Shown one piece after another: positions 30,916-32,000 of a stretch of 32,000 nucleotides of DNA (positions within the stretch are counted from its first letter, which is position 1; every line of letters starts with the position of its first letter). Under the pieces are notes generated by a model that saw only the letters and a program-made list of their open reading frames with translations, was not told the origin of the DNA and did not search any database. A program made the position numbers and the translations under genes. This DNA comes from Planctopirus limnophila DSM 3776. GTDB taxonomy: Bacteria > Planctomycetota > Planctomycetia > Planctomycetales > Planctomycetaceae. The stretch is from NCBI RefSeq assembly GCF_000092105.1, contig NC_014148.1, positions 5,130,001-5,162,000 of the forward strand, read 5' to 3'.

Positions 30916-32000
30916 TCAGGCAGGATCGTGATAAAGCTGCAGAACTGGCTCGAGATCGATGAGATACAACTGGCGACCATTTCCCTCATGAGGTGAATCG
31001 ATGCAGGCGAGTCGTCCATTGGGGCTGCTGCGAGGATGATTGTCGCAACGCCATTCGCCCTTGTAAGCCGGCGGTGAATGAAAGTGTCCCAATGGATATC
31101 TCTGACCTGTTGGGACATGAAACAGGTAAGGATGCTGCATCCGTGCCTGATCGGGGTACGTATCATTTAGAATCCATGCCGTCGGTGCTGCTTCGAGACC
31201 GGTGAGATACGTGTTATGACCATTCACGGTCATCACGGCGGTGCCGACTGCTTCGACCTCTGCGGTGCGATCGCGCAGATCATAGAAGCCAAACGGCTTT
31301 CCTTGTGGCTTCGTCCAGGCGGTAATGGTTTCGGGATCGCGCCAGACAAAGTGAGAGGTTTCTCCCGAAGGATCGATCACGAACAGATCGCTGCCATCAC
31401 GCCTGGCTGTGAGCATGCGAGTTCGAAACGCCACTCGCGAATTGACTGGTTTCCAGCGATGCAGGAATGTGAAGCGACTGCCATCCGGATTGATCAACAG
31501 ATGGTTGAACCAGTGCTTGGCCCCCTGCATATCGGGGAGTGAAGGGCCGAGTGCCGCGACCTGAGCAATCGAAATAAGAAGTTCGGATGTTCCTGTCTGC
31601 AGGTTAATGTTCCAGATGCCGGAGGCTTGGGGTATCAACTCATCTTTGAAAGGGTCGGCCAGACCGGCATAGCCGTATCCTGGGCGAACATCATTCAGGC
31701 GGCGGAAGTCGGTCGTGATGGCCGACTTCCCATCGGGTGCCAGAGTATAAATAGCCGAATCGAGCAGTTGACTATCGCCTGTCGAGAGATCATAGATTCG
31801 CGATTGATAGTGGTGGGAACCGCGTTCATTCCAGATCACTTTGGAGTTCGAACCAGGGAGCCACTGCAGCATACATCCCTGCTGCCAGCACCAGGCGGTC
31901 GTCGCACCTAAGCGGACCCACTGATCGTTGTTGGACAGATCGACATAGCCAATCTCGATTTCGTCATCGGGCTTCGGGGAGCGATGCTCGAAGTTTGTTT
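30916..32000 (-). CDS. TolB/PD40-like beta-propeller protein (possibly oligogalacturonide-lyase-like family); N-terminus beyond window end
   Basis: The ORF-track version starts at Met 31872, but the frame stays open upstream to nt 32000 (...TNFEHRSPKPDDEIEIGYVDLSNNDQWVRLGATTAWCWQQGCMLQWLPGS...). The C-terminal motif WRCDNHPRSSPNGRLACIDSPHEGNGRQLYLIDL is typical of PD40-type propellers. Confidence 0.65.
   Translation of the reverse strand, partial: TNFEHRSPKPDDEIEIGYVDLSNNDQWVRLGATTAWCWQQGCMLQWLPGSNSKVIWNERGSHHYQSRIYDLSTGDSQLLDSAIYTLAPDGKSAITTDFRRLNDVRPGYGYAGLADPFKDELIPQASGIWNINLQTGTSELLISIAQVAALGPSLPDMQGAKHWFNHLLINPDGSRFTFLHRWKPVNSRVAFRTRMLTARRDGSDLFVIDPSGETSHFVWRDPETITAWTKPQGKPFGFYDLRDRTAEVEAVGTAVMTVNGHNTYLTGLEAAPTAWILNDTYPDQARMQHPYLFHVPTGQRYPLGHFHSPPAYKGEWRCDNHPRSSPNGRLACIDSPHEGNGRQLYLIDLEPVLQLYHDPA

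Overview
The gene content suggests a chromosomal segment from a Planctomycetota-type genome. The evidence is a formylglycine sulfatase, a membrane-anchored PQQ-like propeller, a Tat-signal Gfo/Idh/MocA oxidoreductase, a giant VWA membrane protein, a DUF11-repeat protein and a Ser/Thr kinase with a polytopic tail. GC looks mid-50s percent by eye; I did not compute it. I can support 23 protein-coding genes. Two are cut by the window edges and are therefore missing from the supplied ORF track (1-725 minus, 30916-32000 minus). I found no rRNA, tRNA, CRISPR array, transposase, integrase or phage genes. All product calls rest on motifs read by eye, with no HMM or BLAST run. The most unusual locus is a co-directional minus-strand array (18570 down to 8069): a cluster-less Rrf2 regulator, a membrane-anchored PQQ-like propeller, a family-1 solute-binding protein, a double permease, an ABC ATPase, and a 1023-aa VWA membrane protein. 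The ABC ATPase reads in frame, with no stop codon, into a textbook lipoprotein signal peptide (LSGC lipobox) and a six-bladed NHL propeller. This NBD-lipobox-NHL reading frame is my best candidate for something undescribed, but it could also be a stop-codon loss or an assembly artefact. Secondary observations: a 35-nt palindromic element in two copies (32/35 identical) bracketing two hypothetical genes; two related perfect tandem direct repeats in promoter regions; a near-consensus sigma70-type promoter for the Rrf2 gene; an orphan MoxR ATPase next to a thioredoxin-like/PDZ protein carrying a CxxCH motif; an archaeal-type glucose dehydrogenase with Asp at the usual Cys zinc-ligand position; a histone H1-like Lys/Ala-rich protein; and rsmH located outside any dcw-type context.
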